Shown in pieces: positions 42,930 to 53,031 of a stretch of DNA of 53,031 nt. The stretch is from Amoeboaphelidium occidentale. Taxonomy: Eukaryota. Made by a program: the position numbers and the translations under genes. Every line of letters starts with the position of its first letter. Positions within the stretch are counted from its first letter, which is position 1. The notes under the pieces were generated by a model. That model was not told where the DNA came from. It was given only the letters and a program-made list of their open reading frames with translations, and did no database searches. The DNA lies in NCBI GenBank assembly GCA_023515795.1, contig JALGPX010000081.1, positions 1 through 53,031 of the forward strand. Direction: 5' to 3'.

Positions 42930-44726
42930 ATGAGCACTGTTCTGCCTACAGAATTGTATATTCGGATTTTGACACACCCTGTTCTGCTATCATCTCGAGA
43001 GAATGGTGATTGCTCAAACAGGAAGCGGATGTACTTGTCTTGCTCCCTTACAAACAAACTATTCTACAAGATACTTCACGATCCCTTCACGCAAGTCCAA
43101 TGGGTAATGAATTATCACGATGGTTCCATTCCGGATGTGTTGAGATTTTTAATATCACGAAAATGGTTTAACGCGATAAAACTCCTGTTTCAAGGCAAAT
43201 GGATAAACGAAAGTCTAAGAGAAGATATTAACTGCGCATCTCAAAACAAAGATAATGACGAGTACGATCTCAAAAGAAAGCGTCAGACGATACTTAATGA
43301 TGCGCTGATATTTGCCATGTGCCAGATACATTCCCCAGATGATAGAAAGAATGATTACAAGAGAAAACACGTTACAGATCAGAACAAGACATGCACTGCT
43401 GATATTCTCAAGTATTATCAAGATGATAGACATTATTACTCGGATAGCGAAGTGATCATAACTCATATTATCTCGCACTATGCCGATTCTGATAACTACA
43501 GTTGTGCTTCACCTGGTGCACACAAAATTATCTCACAGGATAAGGCGTTTTCACACTTAACGTTCAATTTTGACGCAAAGCATACTCAATATGATGACGG
43601 TGATTCTAGTTTGAAGACAGTTTCAGTTTTACTTGAGCTTGGCTCTAATCCGCATACAATGGATGATTTCTCTATTAGAAGAGCAGCTAGACAGGGAATA
43701 GCTCCACTCGTGAAAGTTCTGTTATCTTATGGTGCTAATGCATCCAGCAGAAACAACGAAGCTTTTGGTTCAGCAGCTCTGCATGGCCATCTAGACGTTA
43801 TCAGAATTCTCTGCAGTTCAAACATTGACCGTTCAAGTGCTTTAATTGCATTACAGAAGGCTGCAGTTAAAGGGAACTTGGATATCGTTAAGTTTTTATT
43901 GGAAGAAGACATGACTGGTGATAGCGTTCCATGGAAGAGGGACTTAATGAAATGGTTAATCTTTGACTGGGAAGATGATATGTTCAGAATAGGGAATACA
44001 TTTCCTTATGCTGATGAATTGGATATGTTTGGTTACCATGGTAATCAGAGTACACAGAAAGAAAAGGGCATTATGAAACATCCTCTTATAGCAGTATCTC
44101 AGAAGAAAGAACATGTTGAAGTACTGAAGTACTTGCTGGAAAGAATTACAATCTCTCAAACTCACGAAGCGTCTGTCAGAAATGCAATCAATTTGGCTCT
44201 CAGAGTTGCCGCTAAAGAAGGAAATATTGATGCTTGCGAAATTCTGATAGCAAATGGTGCAGATCATGGAATCTGTCTGCCTATTGCAGCAAAGCAGAAC
44301 CATTTCGATTTGTTAAAGTATGTGATCAAAGAGCATTACTCAGGCAGAACTGTAAAAGTATCATCAGAATGCAGTAACTATTTACATCCAATAATCGCTG
44401 CGATAAGAAACGCTGAAACGCACGAAATGATCAACTATCTTATCGATGCCGGAAACGTGAATTGGAAAACTATAGTGAGTACATGCATAAACAAGACGCA
44501 CATGTTTATAATTAGGCAAGATGGATACACCCCAGATTATATGAATGGTTCCTCTGTTACTGCTCTAATCGACGAGTACGCCCATAGAATCGAGATCAAT
44601 GAGAATGATTTTGATGAAGATGGTTTCATAATTCTACGCCCTTACATAAATACTGTCATCAGAAGACAGCCTAACAACAGGCGTATCGACTATTTACGCT
44701 CACAATGGATGAGAAGGTTTGGATAA
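42930..44726 (+). CDS. Ankyrin-repeat protein with F-box-like N-terminus
   Basis: VLPTELYIRIL N-terminus; ankyrin repeats SIRRAARQG, SAALHGHLDVIRIL, AAVKGNLDIVKFLL, AAKEGNIDACEILIANGAD. Confidence 0.8.
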   Translation: MSTVLPTELYIRILTHPVLLSSRENGDCSNRKRMYLSCSLTNKLFYKILHDPFTQVQWVMNYHDGSIPDVLRFLISRKWFNAIKLLFQGKWINESLREDINCASQNKDNDEYDLKRKRQTILNDALIFAMCQIHSPDDRKNDYKRKHVTDQNKTCTADILKYYQDDRHYYSDSEVIITHIISHYADSDNYSCASPGAHKIISQDKAFSHLTFNFDAKHTQYDDGDSSLKTVSVLLELGSNPHTMDDFSIRRAARQGIAPLVKVLLSYGANASSRNNEAFGSAALHGHLDVIRILCSSNIDRSSALIALQKAAVKGNLDIVKFLLEEDMTGDSVPWKRDLMKWLIFDWEDDMFRIGNTFPYADELDMFGYHGNQSTQKEKGIMKHPLIAVSQKKEHVEVLKYLLERITISQTHEASVRNAINLALRVAAKEGNIDACEILIANGADHGICLPIAAKQNHFDLLKYVIKEHYSGRTVKVSSECSNYLHPIIAAIRNAETHEMINYLIDAGNVNWKTIVSTCINKTHMFIIRQDGYTPDYMNGSSVTALIDEYAHRIEINENDFDEDGFIILRPYINTVIRRQPNNRRIDYLRSQWMRRFG

Positions 44727-44822
44727 AATAAATGTTTTAATGCTGTTGAAACCATACTTCTTACCCCTGAACAGTATTTGTCGAAATCGTGCTTTGATTC
44801 GATTCTCGCAAATTTCCTCGCC

Positions 44823-46174
44823 ATGACAAACCAAGCTTCTGTGAGCTCTGGTTCGGTATCGGACGAAGAAAGCGAGGATGGTTACAAAGTCGGCGGGTAT
44901 CATCCAATGAAGATATCAGACGAATACAATGGGAAGTACACCGTCGTAAAAAAGCTTGGCTGGGGCCATTTTAGCACTGTCTGGCTTGTAAGGAACAAAC
45001 GGAACGAATATTCCGCTATGAAAGTCATCAAATCCGCAAAGCATTACACGGAAACAGCAGAAGATGAAATCAAATTCCTCAGGAAGATTCAGGCAGAAGG
45101 TGGTCACAATCGCCTCTTGAAAATTGTGGATTCGTTTCGAATTTACGGACCGAATGGGGCACGTAACTTTTGACTTTTATGATAACTGTTAAATGTTTAG
45201 ATGTCTCTATTGTCGCTGAGGTTTGTGGTAAAAATCTGTTGCATGTCGTTAAAGAGTTTCATTATCGCGGTATTCCCCTGCGCATTGTCAAGAGAATCGT
45301 GAAACAGATTTTAGAGGGTTTAGACTTTCTTCACAGAAAATGCAGAGTAATTCACACGGATATCAAACCAGAAAATATTTTGCTTTCGATCGGAGAAATG
45401 CAAGAATATCTGAGATTAGCAGGAATTATGACTGAAGATGAACGTCGCACTTCAAACAGCAAGAATGATAGTGATGATACCTCAAAGTCCCCAGTATCAC
45501 CAGAAAGAGGAATCACAAGGCTAGAGAGGGCTGTGTCTCATATATCATTGGATAACGAGAATTTGGATAGCTTCTCTACTGAAGATGATCCACCAACAGT
45601 TAAGCGTTTCACTGAGAAGCATCCTCATCTCCTCGAGAAGTACGCAAAGATCGAAGTTAAATTAGCAGATTTGGGTAATGCATGTTTTACTAATCATCAT
45701 TATACTTCTGATATTCAAACACGACAATATCGGTCGCCTGAAGTCATAATTGGTAGTCCTTATTGCACCTCTGCTGATATTTGGTCCCTTGGCTGTTTAA
45801 TGTTTGAGCTACTGACAGGAGAGTATCTCTTTGATCCCAGAGCAGGCGGTTCTAAAGTCAACTCAAAAGTTATCCAATTCGATAAGGATGATGATCATTT
45901 GGCGCAAATAGCCGAACTTCTGGGGCCATTCGATATCGAGTTTGCTCTTGGTGGGAAGTATTCAAGAGAGTTCTTTACAAGGAACGGAGATCTTAGAAGA
46001 GTTAAGAAGTTGAAGTATTGGGGTTTAATGGATGTTTTAGTGGAGAAGTATGAGTATACTATGAAAACAGGCAACAGCATCGCCCATTTCTTAGAGTGCA
46101 TGCTTAGAACACGACCTGATAAGCGGTTGAATGCTGCAGAATTATTAAAGCACGACTTCTTACAGGACGTTTAG
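44823..46174 (+). CDS. SKY1: SR-protein kinase SRPK/Sky1/Dsk1 (intron 45163-45200)
   Basis: GGYHP, KLGWGHFSTVWL, HYTETAEDEI, IHTDIKPEN, spacer, ADLGNAC, DIQTRQYRSPEV; a 38-nt intron restores GPNGAHVSIV. Confidence 0.95.
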
Positions 46175-46206
46175 ACAATAAATACAACTTTATCTTTTTT
46201 GCCTCA

Positions 46207-47958
46207 ATGGAAACCTCCGAAGCTATAAAATGTCCCGTGTGCAAAGAAAGGATGATGACTTTGGGTCAATTGAACCAACACTTGGACGATTTTCACTTTA
46301 GCGATAACGATGGAAGGATGGAAGTATCATTGACAGATTCTTATGGAGATAATCAACTGTATCAGAGGAATAACGCTGTGAAAGATGGCATGGGCGGTGG
46401 CTTAGTTCGAACGAACAGACAGAATACTTTGAAGCCGCAACTTAAGCAGCACCAGCAGCTGCAGCCTTCAAGCCACAGATTAACGCTGTCTCAAGAGTCA
46501 AAGCTCACAGGATTTCTAAAGAAAAGCTTCTCTAGTTTGAACATTACAAGTCCAGCTGATCAAAAGGATTCTGCTCCTGCATTTGTAGAGACATGTCAAT
46601 TATGCTCAAAGACTCTGAGTTCAGTTGGTGGAATATTCATAGGTACATTCTATATGATAATCGGTTAATTGATATCAGGCGGTTCTAATTGCAGAAAGTG
46701 TCAAAGAATATGTTGCGATAGTTGCTGTGATTATCAGTGTCGCTTGGATGCTTCAATGGATTACGATACTATGGGGGATTTCTTTAAAGTTTGTCGCAGA
46801 TGTTTTGAAGGAAGGGAAGGTTACTTTGACTCAAATCAGGAACGATCTCGAACAAAAGAGTTTCTGAAACGGAGGAAACGCAGGGTTGGGCCAGACGCTA
46901 TGGAAAGTAACAAATTATTGAAGAGATTAGACAAGATCAGATCATTGCATTTGTATTACAAGAAGGGTATCAGTAATAATGATCTAGAAGTATACAATTC
47001 TTATGGCAGTTTGCGTGAGGCTGAGAAGGCTATCGGTCAGTGGGAGGATGATATTCATGTGATCAAGTGTCCCTTTTGTAAAATACATTTTGGTTTGATA
47101 TCCAGAAGACATCATTGCCGATTGTGCGGAAAGATTGTGTGTGGTACTTGCTCTTTCATGAAGCATTTAGATTCTGGTGATCATGTTCATAATCACAACT
47201 ATATTATGCCAAATACTTCAACTGCGTCATTTAATTCTGCAGGCAATTCTCTGGCTAGTACCGTAAGGTCAGTATCTTCAGTTGGTTCTAGTGATCGAAA
47301 CAAAATTAAAATTGGAGAGATCAGGATATGTTCTAAATGTGATGTTTTGGTTTTTAAGAAGCCTCTATTTACTAAAGATATCGGCCATGGCGCAATAACT
47401 TCAAATCTTGACCCTGAATCTCCTGTTGTAAAGCTGTATGAAGCTGTAAGAAGAATAAGGGAAAAAATTGATGTTGAGCTTCCACTTTACAATCAGTTAT
47501 TGTCTCAGATAGAATCTAATGATATCGAAGAGCTGAAGAAAGACCCAGAAATGCAGAAAGTATATATTGACGCTGGATTGAAACGAAAAGAAGTTGTGAG
47601 TCTTTTCGCTGAATTAGATATGGCCGGTAAACGAATTTTGTCGTTTTGTTGCAGTAATGAAGACGGTCACAGCAGAGACAGGGAACGCTTGGGAAAGAAT
47701 ATTTATCAGAATATCTCTACCTTCTTACAAGATAACATGTTCACACTTCAAGCACTTCCGAAACTCATTTCATCAAACGATACAACGGATGCAAAACCTG
47801 CTACTGTAGACCCTGTGGTTGTTGTGCTTGAAGAGCAGAAACAGCAACTTATGAAGTCTATCGAAGATAACAAGAAGGCACGACGATTTGAGGACGTTAA
47901 AATACTGCAGCAGAACCTTTCTGAGATCGAACGAGAATTACAAAAGTTTCAAAAATAA
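46207..47958 (+). CDS. PEP7: Rabenosyn-5 / Pep7 / Vac1 (C2H2 + two FYVE-type fingers + Rab-binding tail; intron 46643-46678)
   Basis: CPVC...LGQLNQHLDDFH; WEDD...CPFC...RRHHCRLCGKIVCGTC; C-terminal RRFEDVKILQQNLSEIE. Confidence 0.9.
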
Positions 47959-47974
47959 TCTATAAACATCTTTT

Positions 47975-48938
47975 TTATAATGGAACAGCGTTCTTTATAT
48001 TTTGCATGTTTCTTAGTCTTCTCTGTGCTCGAGAAATAGCCTCTCTTGTTTGATTCTTTTCTTGCGAGGTTTCTTCAACTGAGTTGCTCCTAATGCTATT
48101 GAAAGAGTTAATCCAACTTGCAGCAGATTTACCTTCGTAGAATCGAATTGTCCATTATTCGATAATCAATAAGCAATTTTCCACACGTTTCGATCTCGCT
48201 TCCAAATTTGTTCAAAATGGATGTGCCATGTAAAGTAAATGATGCCTGTTCGAGCTCTGGATTACTATTCAAGAAAAAATCATTCAGTCTGCCAATTATT
48301 GTGTTGTTCTTTGGCCTGTAAACGAATATTTCCAGTTGTGAATCGAAACAACGGTTCATCAGCAACTGTTTACGCAGTTTGAGCACATCGATCGTAGCGT
48401 AGCCTTGAATAGGATACTGATTAAGTCGATCATCAACAGCTCTTAACTCCAAATGTATTATGATATCTTTATCTGTCAGCTCAAACGTTATCAGCACAAA
48501 TACTGTTCAGAAACTAACCTGACAGAGCTGTTTCAAAATGTATAGGGAAATTAAAACAGTGTGAATAAAAGTCTTCATCATAATCGTAGTGAAGGATCGC
48601 CTGTTGAGAGTATCCAGAAGTCGGAGTCTTGTCTTGAACCTGGCCCTCAATCTGATACTCAAAATACCTTAGAATTCAGGTGACTAATAATANNNNNNNN
48701 NNNNNNNNNNNTAAAACAGTGTGAATAAAAGTCTTCATCATAATCGTAGTGAAGGATCGCCTGTTGAGAGTATCCGGAAGTCGGAGTCTTGTCTTGAACC
48801 TGGCCCTCAATCTGATACTCAAAATACCTTAGAATTCAGGTGACTAATAATACTTTAAAGGTACAATTTATCTTGCTCAAAGCCTATGGCTTGCTGCACT
48901 ATGATCTCCACAAGTAACTTTTCCCTCGAAGCTTCCAT
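47975..48938 (-). CDS. MKS1: MKS1-like B9-domain ciliary transition-zone protein, ~227 aa (introns 48828-48864, 48473-48518, 48096-48132; duplicated gap 48552-48852)
   Basis: Spliced product MEASREKLLVEIIVQQAIGFEQDKLYFEY...HCFNFPIHFE...LELRAVDDRLNQYPIQGYA...YRP...LNDFFLNSNPELE...LNKFGSEIETCGKL...EAISRAQRRL parallels the MKS1 B9 domain and C-terminal helix. Confidence 0.7.
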
Positions 48939-48996
48939 GTGAAACAACGCAGCGAAACAAAAGCACGAGCTGAAGGGAAAGATTTATTCCAAGATT

Positions 48997-51805
48997 TTAA
49001 AAGTCGAAACGGAAGCCTGAAATTAAACCAACAGTCTGAACAAAGACACGTTTGGTAACATCGTCCTTTAGATTGTTACAAAGTTCTTTCTGCTCAGTGG
49101 TCATTTGGATAACAGCATCGGATGTCTCGGTTTCCTTCTTTGATACACTTTTCCAAACATCTTTTAATAGAACTTTGCCATGATCTGGTGACGATCCAAT
49201 TATCTTCAAAATGTTCTTTAATACATAAGCACATCGTGTCTCTCTTAGAATTGAACTCTCATTTGTATCTTCATCAACACCGTTCAAATCAGGAACAAGA
49301 CCTAAAGCAGTTACAACGTTTAAAACATGATTAATATCTGCTAATAATTGCTTAACACCAAAGTTCACAGTAACAGAAGAGGCTGGTATACGGAGGACTT
49401 GTTGAAAAATATAGTAGTTGAGCGTATTCCTTACAATTTGGATCATCCACAATCTTGCATAGTAATAAGGATCTTCATCCACAGCAGCGTCTGCTTTAAC
49501 GTCTGGAACTTGATTTGGGATGCTGTTAGAACTTGAAATCTTCTCTAGATATTGGATTCCGAGAGACAAGACGCCTTTTGTTTTATGCTGTGCTTCTTCT
49601 TGAATTACAGAATCCAGAATAATAGGCAAATTCATCAAAGCTTCACCAACTCTCTGAATAATTTGAGAGGCGCTTAAAGAAAATGTAGGCATATCGCCCA
49701 CTATTGAAGTTTTCTGGCTACTATTCTGAGTCCAGTTTTGCTTGGAATAATCAGCTAATAACGACTTGATAGGCCTGAACAAAGCCTGACACAACACGAA
49801 TTGAGTCAACACTACCACCAAAGACAGTTCTTTAGGAGATGCAGCTCCCTTTGTTTCTGGTTGAGACTGAACCTGACTGAATGTGTTAAGAATCGAGTTA
49901 ATCGTTCCATAGTGTCTGACGTAGTCATAATCGTCAATACTCTCAGTACCCTCGTGAAACTGACCATCTTCGTTGTATGGAGACAAACCATTCTTCAATC
50001 TTAGATAAAGCTCTTCGTTCTTCTTTTCAATCGAATTGAAGTTCTTTTCTTCCAGTGCAGAGAAATGAGAATTTATAACATCGTACACACCAATACAAAC
50101 TCTCCTTAACTTGATTGCGACAATATAGAAATCTCCATCTTCTGGAGAAGCTTGATACTGCGAGTAGCCAGCAATTATTTTTTTGCTTATTTCCTTCAAG
50201 CATCTTTCTGAAACCTTCTCAAGCACATTTGATACATTTTGAGTAATATTTCTGCCATGCATCAGCACGCGACAATTTTCAATAAGGGTAGGCATAAAAG
50301 TTTTCAGTTCCAATGTGAAATCCGCCAATATAGAGGTCAAATCAGACAAGCTTCTTAGAGTTGGCGGAACACAAGCAAGAATTTTAGAAGAGTAAAAGTC
50401 TACCATGACAGCTTGAAAATTCTGCTTAATAGAAACAAAAGGTAGAAATAGAACATCTGACCATTCTCTTGCACTTGAAATAGCCTTGCCAAACTCGCTT
50501 GCGATATTCTCATTCGCAAAGATCAATTTTTCAATCCACAAAACAAAGACTTCGGTTGCTAAATATAGTTCTTTAGTATCTTCACTCCATTCCTTGCTAT
50601 AATTGTCTTGCGAGAATGGTAAACCTTTGATCATACAAAACAATAGCTTGCACAAGCGATCCAAGACAATCATGGCGTTTCGTTGCAAAGAAGTATTTTC
50701 AATTGCTCTTATACCATTGTACAACTGCAACATGAATGTATACTCGCCATTGACGACAACATACAATTCTTCAAAAAATCTTCTTCTTACAGTTACCGCA
50801 CNNNNNNNNNNNNNNNNNNNTCATGGCGTTTCGTTGCAAAGAAGTATTTTCAATTGCTCTTATACCATTGTACAATTGCAACATGAATGTATACTCGCCA
50901 TTGACGACAACATACAATTCTTCAAAAAATCTTCTTCTTACAGTTACCGCACTATCACTAGATTTCTTGATTTCCTCAAACAATCGAAGAGCTTGTCTAG
51001 ACCGAGATTCAAAGTAAACATTCCAAAATACATCTTCCTCAGAGCCACCTTCTTTGAATTTGACATTGAAGCATGTTTCGAAGCAAGCCTTGACAGCATC
51101 ACTGGATGAACTATCTCCTGTCTCGAGAACATTCTTCAGCGTTCGTTCAACTTGATCCAATACTTTCTGTTTCAACTCAACCAGAACATTAATGTCAGCA
51201 GTAGAAGACGCTCCTGATTTCGTTGCACCAGAAGAATACGTCACCAACACCTCCTTTAGTAACACGCTAGATTTGATCAGATTCTGAGGAGCAACAAAAC
51301 CATCAGCATTATTGACCAACAATTCCGCGAGCTGTTGTGGCAATAAAGACCATTTTCTTTGGGCTTCAGCTTCTCGTGCTTCAGCCTCTTGTGCTTCCTT
51401 CTCTGCTATCAGCTTTAGCAACTGGCTTAGAGCTGTTTCTTCTTCAGACTCCGCAGCTTTGTCTTTACGTTCATCAGTCACAGCATCAGCGGCTGAAGAC
51501 ATTCCCTGAATTTCCCTTAAAACTTCATCCGTCTGTCTCGAAAGAGAACTTATGGAAGCAGAGGCCAGACCACTTAAAACGAAATTTACGGAAGGATCCG
51601 TTAGCAAAGCATCCAAACTTTGCATTACTTCCTGCTCTAAAATATTCAACTGCGCATTCATTCTGGTCACTTTAGGCTTTAATTCATTCCATTCTTTCTC
51701 AGACAATTCGCCATTAGGAATGTTCAAATACGATCGCACGAAGTTGGCAGCATTGAAATCATCCGCGCTCAGTGTTTCCTTTGACAACTCGATCTCCTTA
51801 GTCAT
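48997..51805 (-). CDS. COG7: Conserved oligomeric Golgi complex subunit 7 (interrupted by gap duplication near 50802-50820)
   Basis: N-terminal LSADDFNAANFV; C-terminal MPTFSLSASQIIQRVGEALMNLPIILD and VKQLLADINHVLNVVTALGL match COG7. Confidence 0.8.
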
Positions 51806-52481
51806 TCAACAAAAGAGAAGGAACTGGCCGAGTAACGATCATGTCTCGAAAGACGTCTAAATTGGCTTTTCTCATGGTTTCATGGAAGAAAGGTTATGTC
51901 TTCCTCAGATGATACGACCGCACTTGAACATGCTTCAGTATGAGGGATAGCAATGATATCTTAGTTCGAAACGGCTAGAAGTTGATCTGTTTAGACTATG
52001 CACCTATGTTGGAACAAAACTAGTGTCATCCCGGCTAGAATGGAAAAGCCTTGAAACAATATCGAATCGATCTGAGACTCTACCATCTGCTTGAATGGTG
52101 AATGAATACATAAAGCTTGACCAGAATATTAGCAAATTTACTTTACGATTTAATCTATTATATCCGATACTCGGCCGTGACGTAGGCAATGTGCATCAAC
52201 GCATGACAATCAGACGACATGAAACAGCCCCTAGAAAGTCATTAAGCAACGATATCTGCTACTAAGAGCATCATAATGGAAGTAACACACTACAAAAACA
52301 CTTTAAAGGACCCCATACACATTTACCATTTAATGGTTGAGGCATTTATTGAGACTGTACGAGAATTACGGCAGAGTGTTTGCCTAACAACCGAAATTTC
52401 TGGCGGCGGCGTCGCAAAATCAGCCACAGTTTCTCAGCCGCACAAATCTTTTTCTCCACTTGTTAAGTGAATTCTTAAGAA

Positions 52482-52896
<415 letters not shown>

Positions 52897-53031
52897 NACT
52901 GGCTCATTGACTTCAGCCTTTAGCTGTGTCGATTTGCTAGTCCGATGCTTGTTGGTTCTGGCTTGGCTTCTGCCGCTGTGCTCTGCTCTTGAACATCTCT
53001 AACTTTTCCCTCTGTAGTTGGTTATCGATAA

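Noticed and set aside
50670..50951. COG7 (and similarly MLP1, MKS1 and actin) appearing split or internally duplicated
   Set aside because: The duplications flank N gaps and are assembly artefacts, unlike the TOM1 end, which has no gap.
52325..52337. ACCATTTAATGGT palindrome upstream of actin as a CArG box
   Set aside because: It has seven A/T between CC and GG rather than six; too weak to call.
300..52470. Numerous short antisense or alternate-frame ORFs in the track
   Set aside because: They overlap well-supported genes, often start at non-ATG codons, and show no recognisable motifs.

Overview
Eukaryotic, extremely gene-dense genomic DNA: about 23 protein genes in 53 kb, intergenic gaps mostly 0-300 bp, spliceosomal introns of 32-52 nt, standard stop codons. 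The gene set combines a fungal-type Zn2Cys6 factor and a Laa2-like adaptor with ciliary genes (TTC21B/IFT139, MKS1) plus APC7, COG7 and Rab24. This points to an early-diverging fungus or holomycotan such as a chytrid or aphelid (inference). Nine n/N joins are flanked by near-identical duplicated segments, most likely alternate haplotypes of a heterozygous assembly. All gene names come from recalled motif similarity, not database searches. Most notable observations: (1) a 3,000-aa Tom1/HUWE1 E3 ligase that ends cleanly, with a polyA signal, before its HECT domain; (2) a ~15 kb AT-rich, CpG-poor, microsatellite-saturated domain that cuts across gene boundaries; (3) at its centre, a head-to-head mei2-HOP1 meiotic gene pair sharing a promoter with two ACGCGT boxes; (4) a tandem trio of tetraspan proteins with PY/PSAP motifs; (5) convergent genes sharing one TTAA as both stop codons; (6) a long actin intron whose excess length folds into a hairpin.
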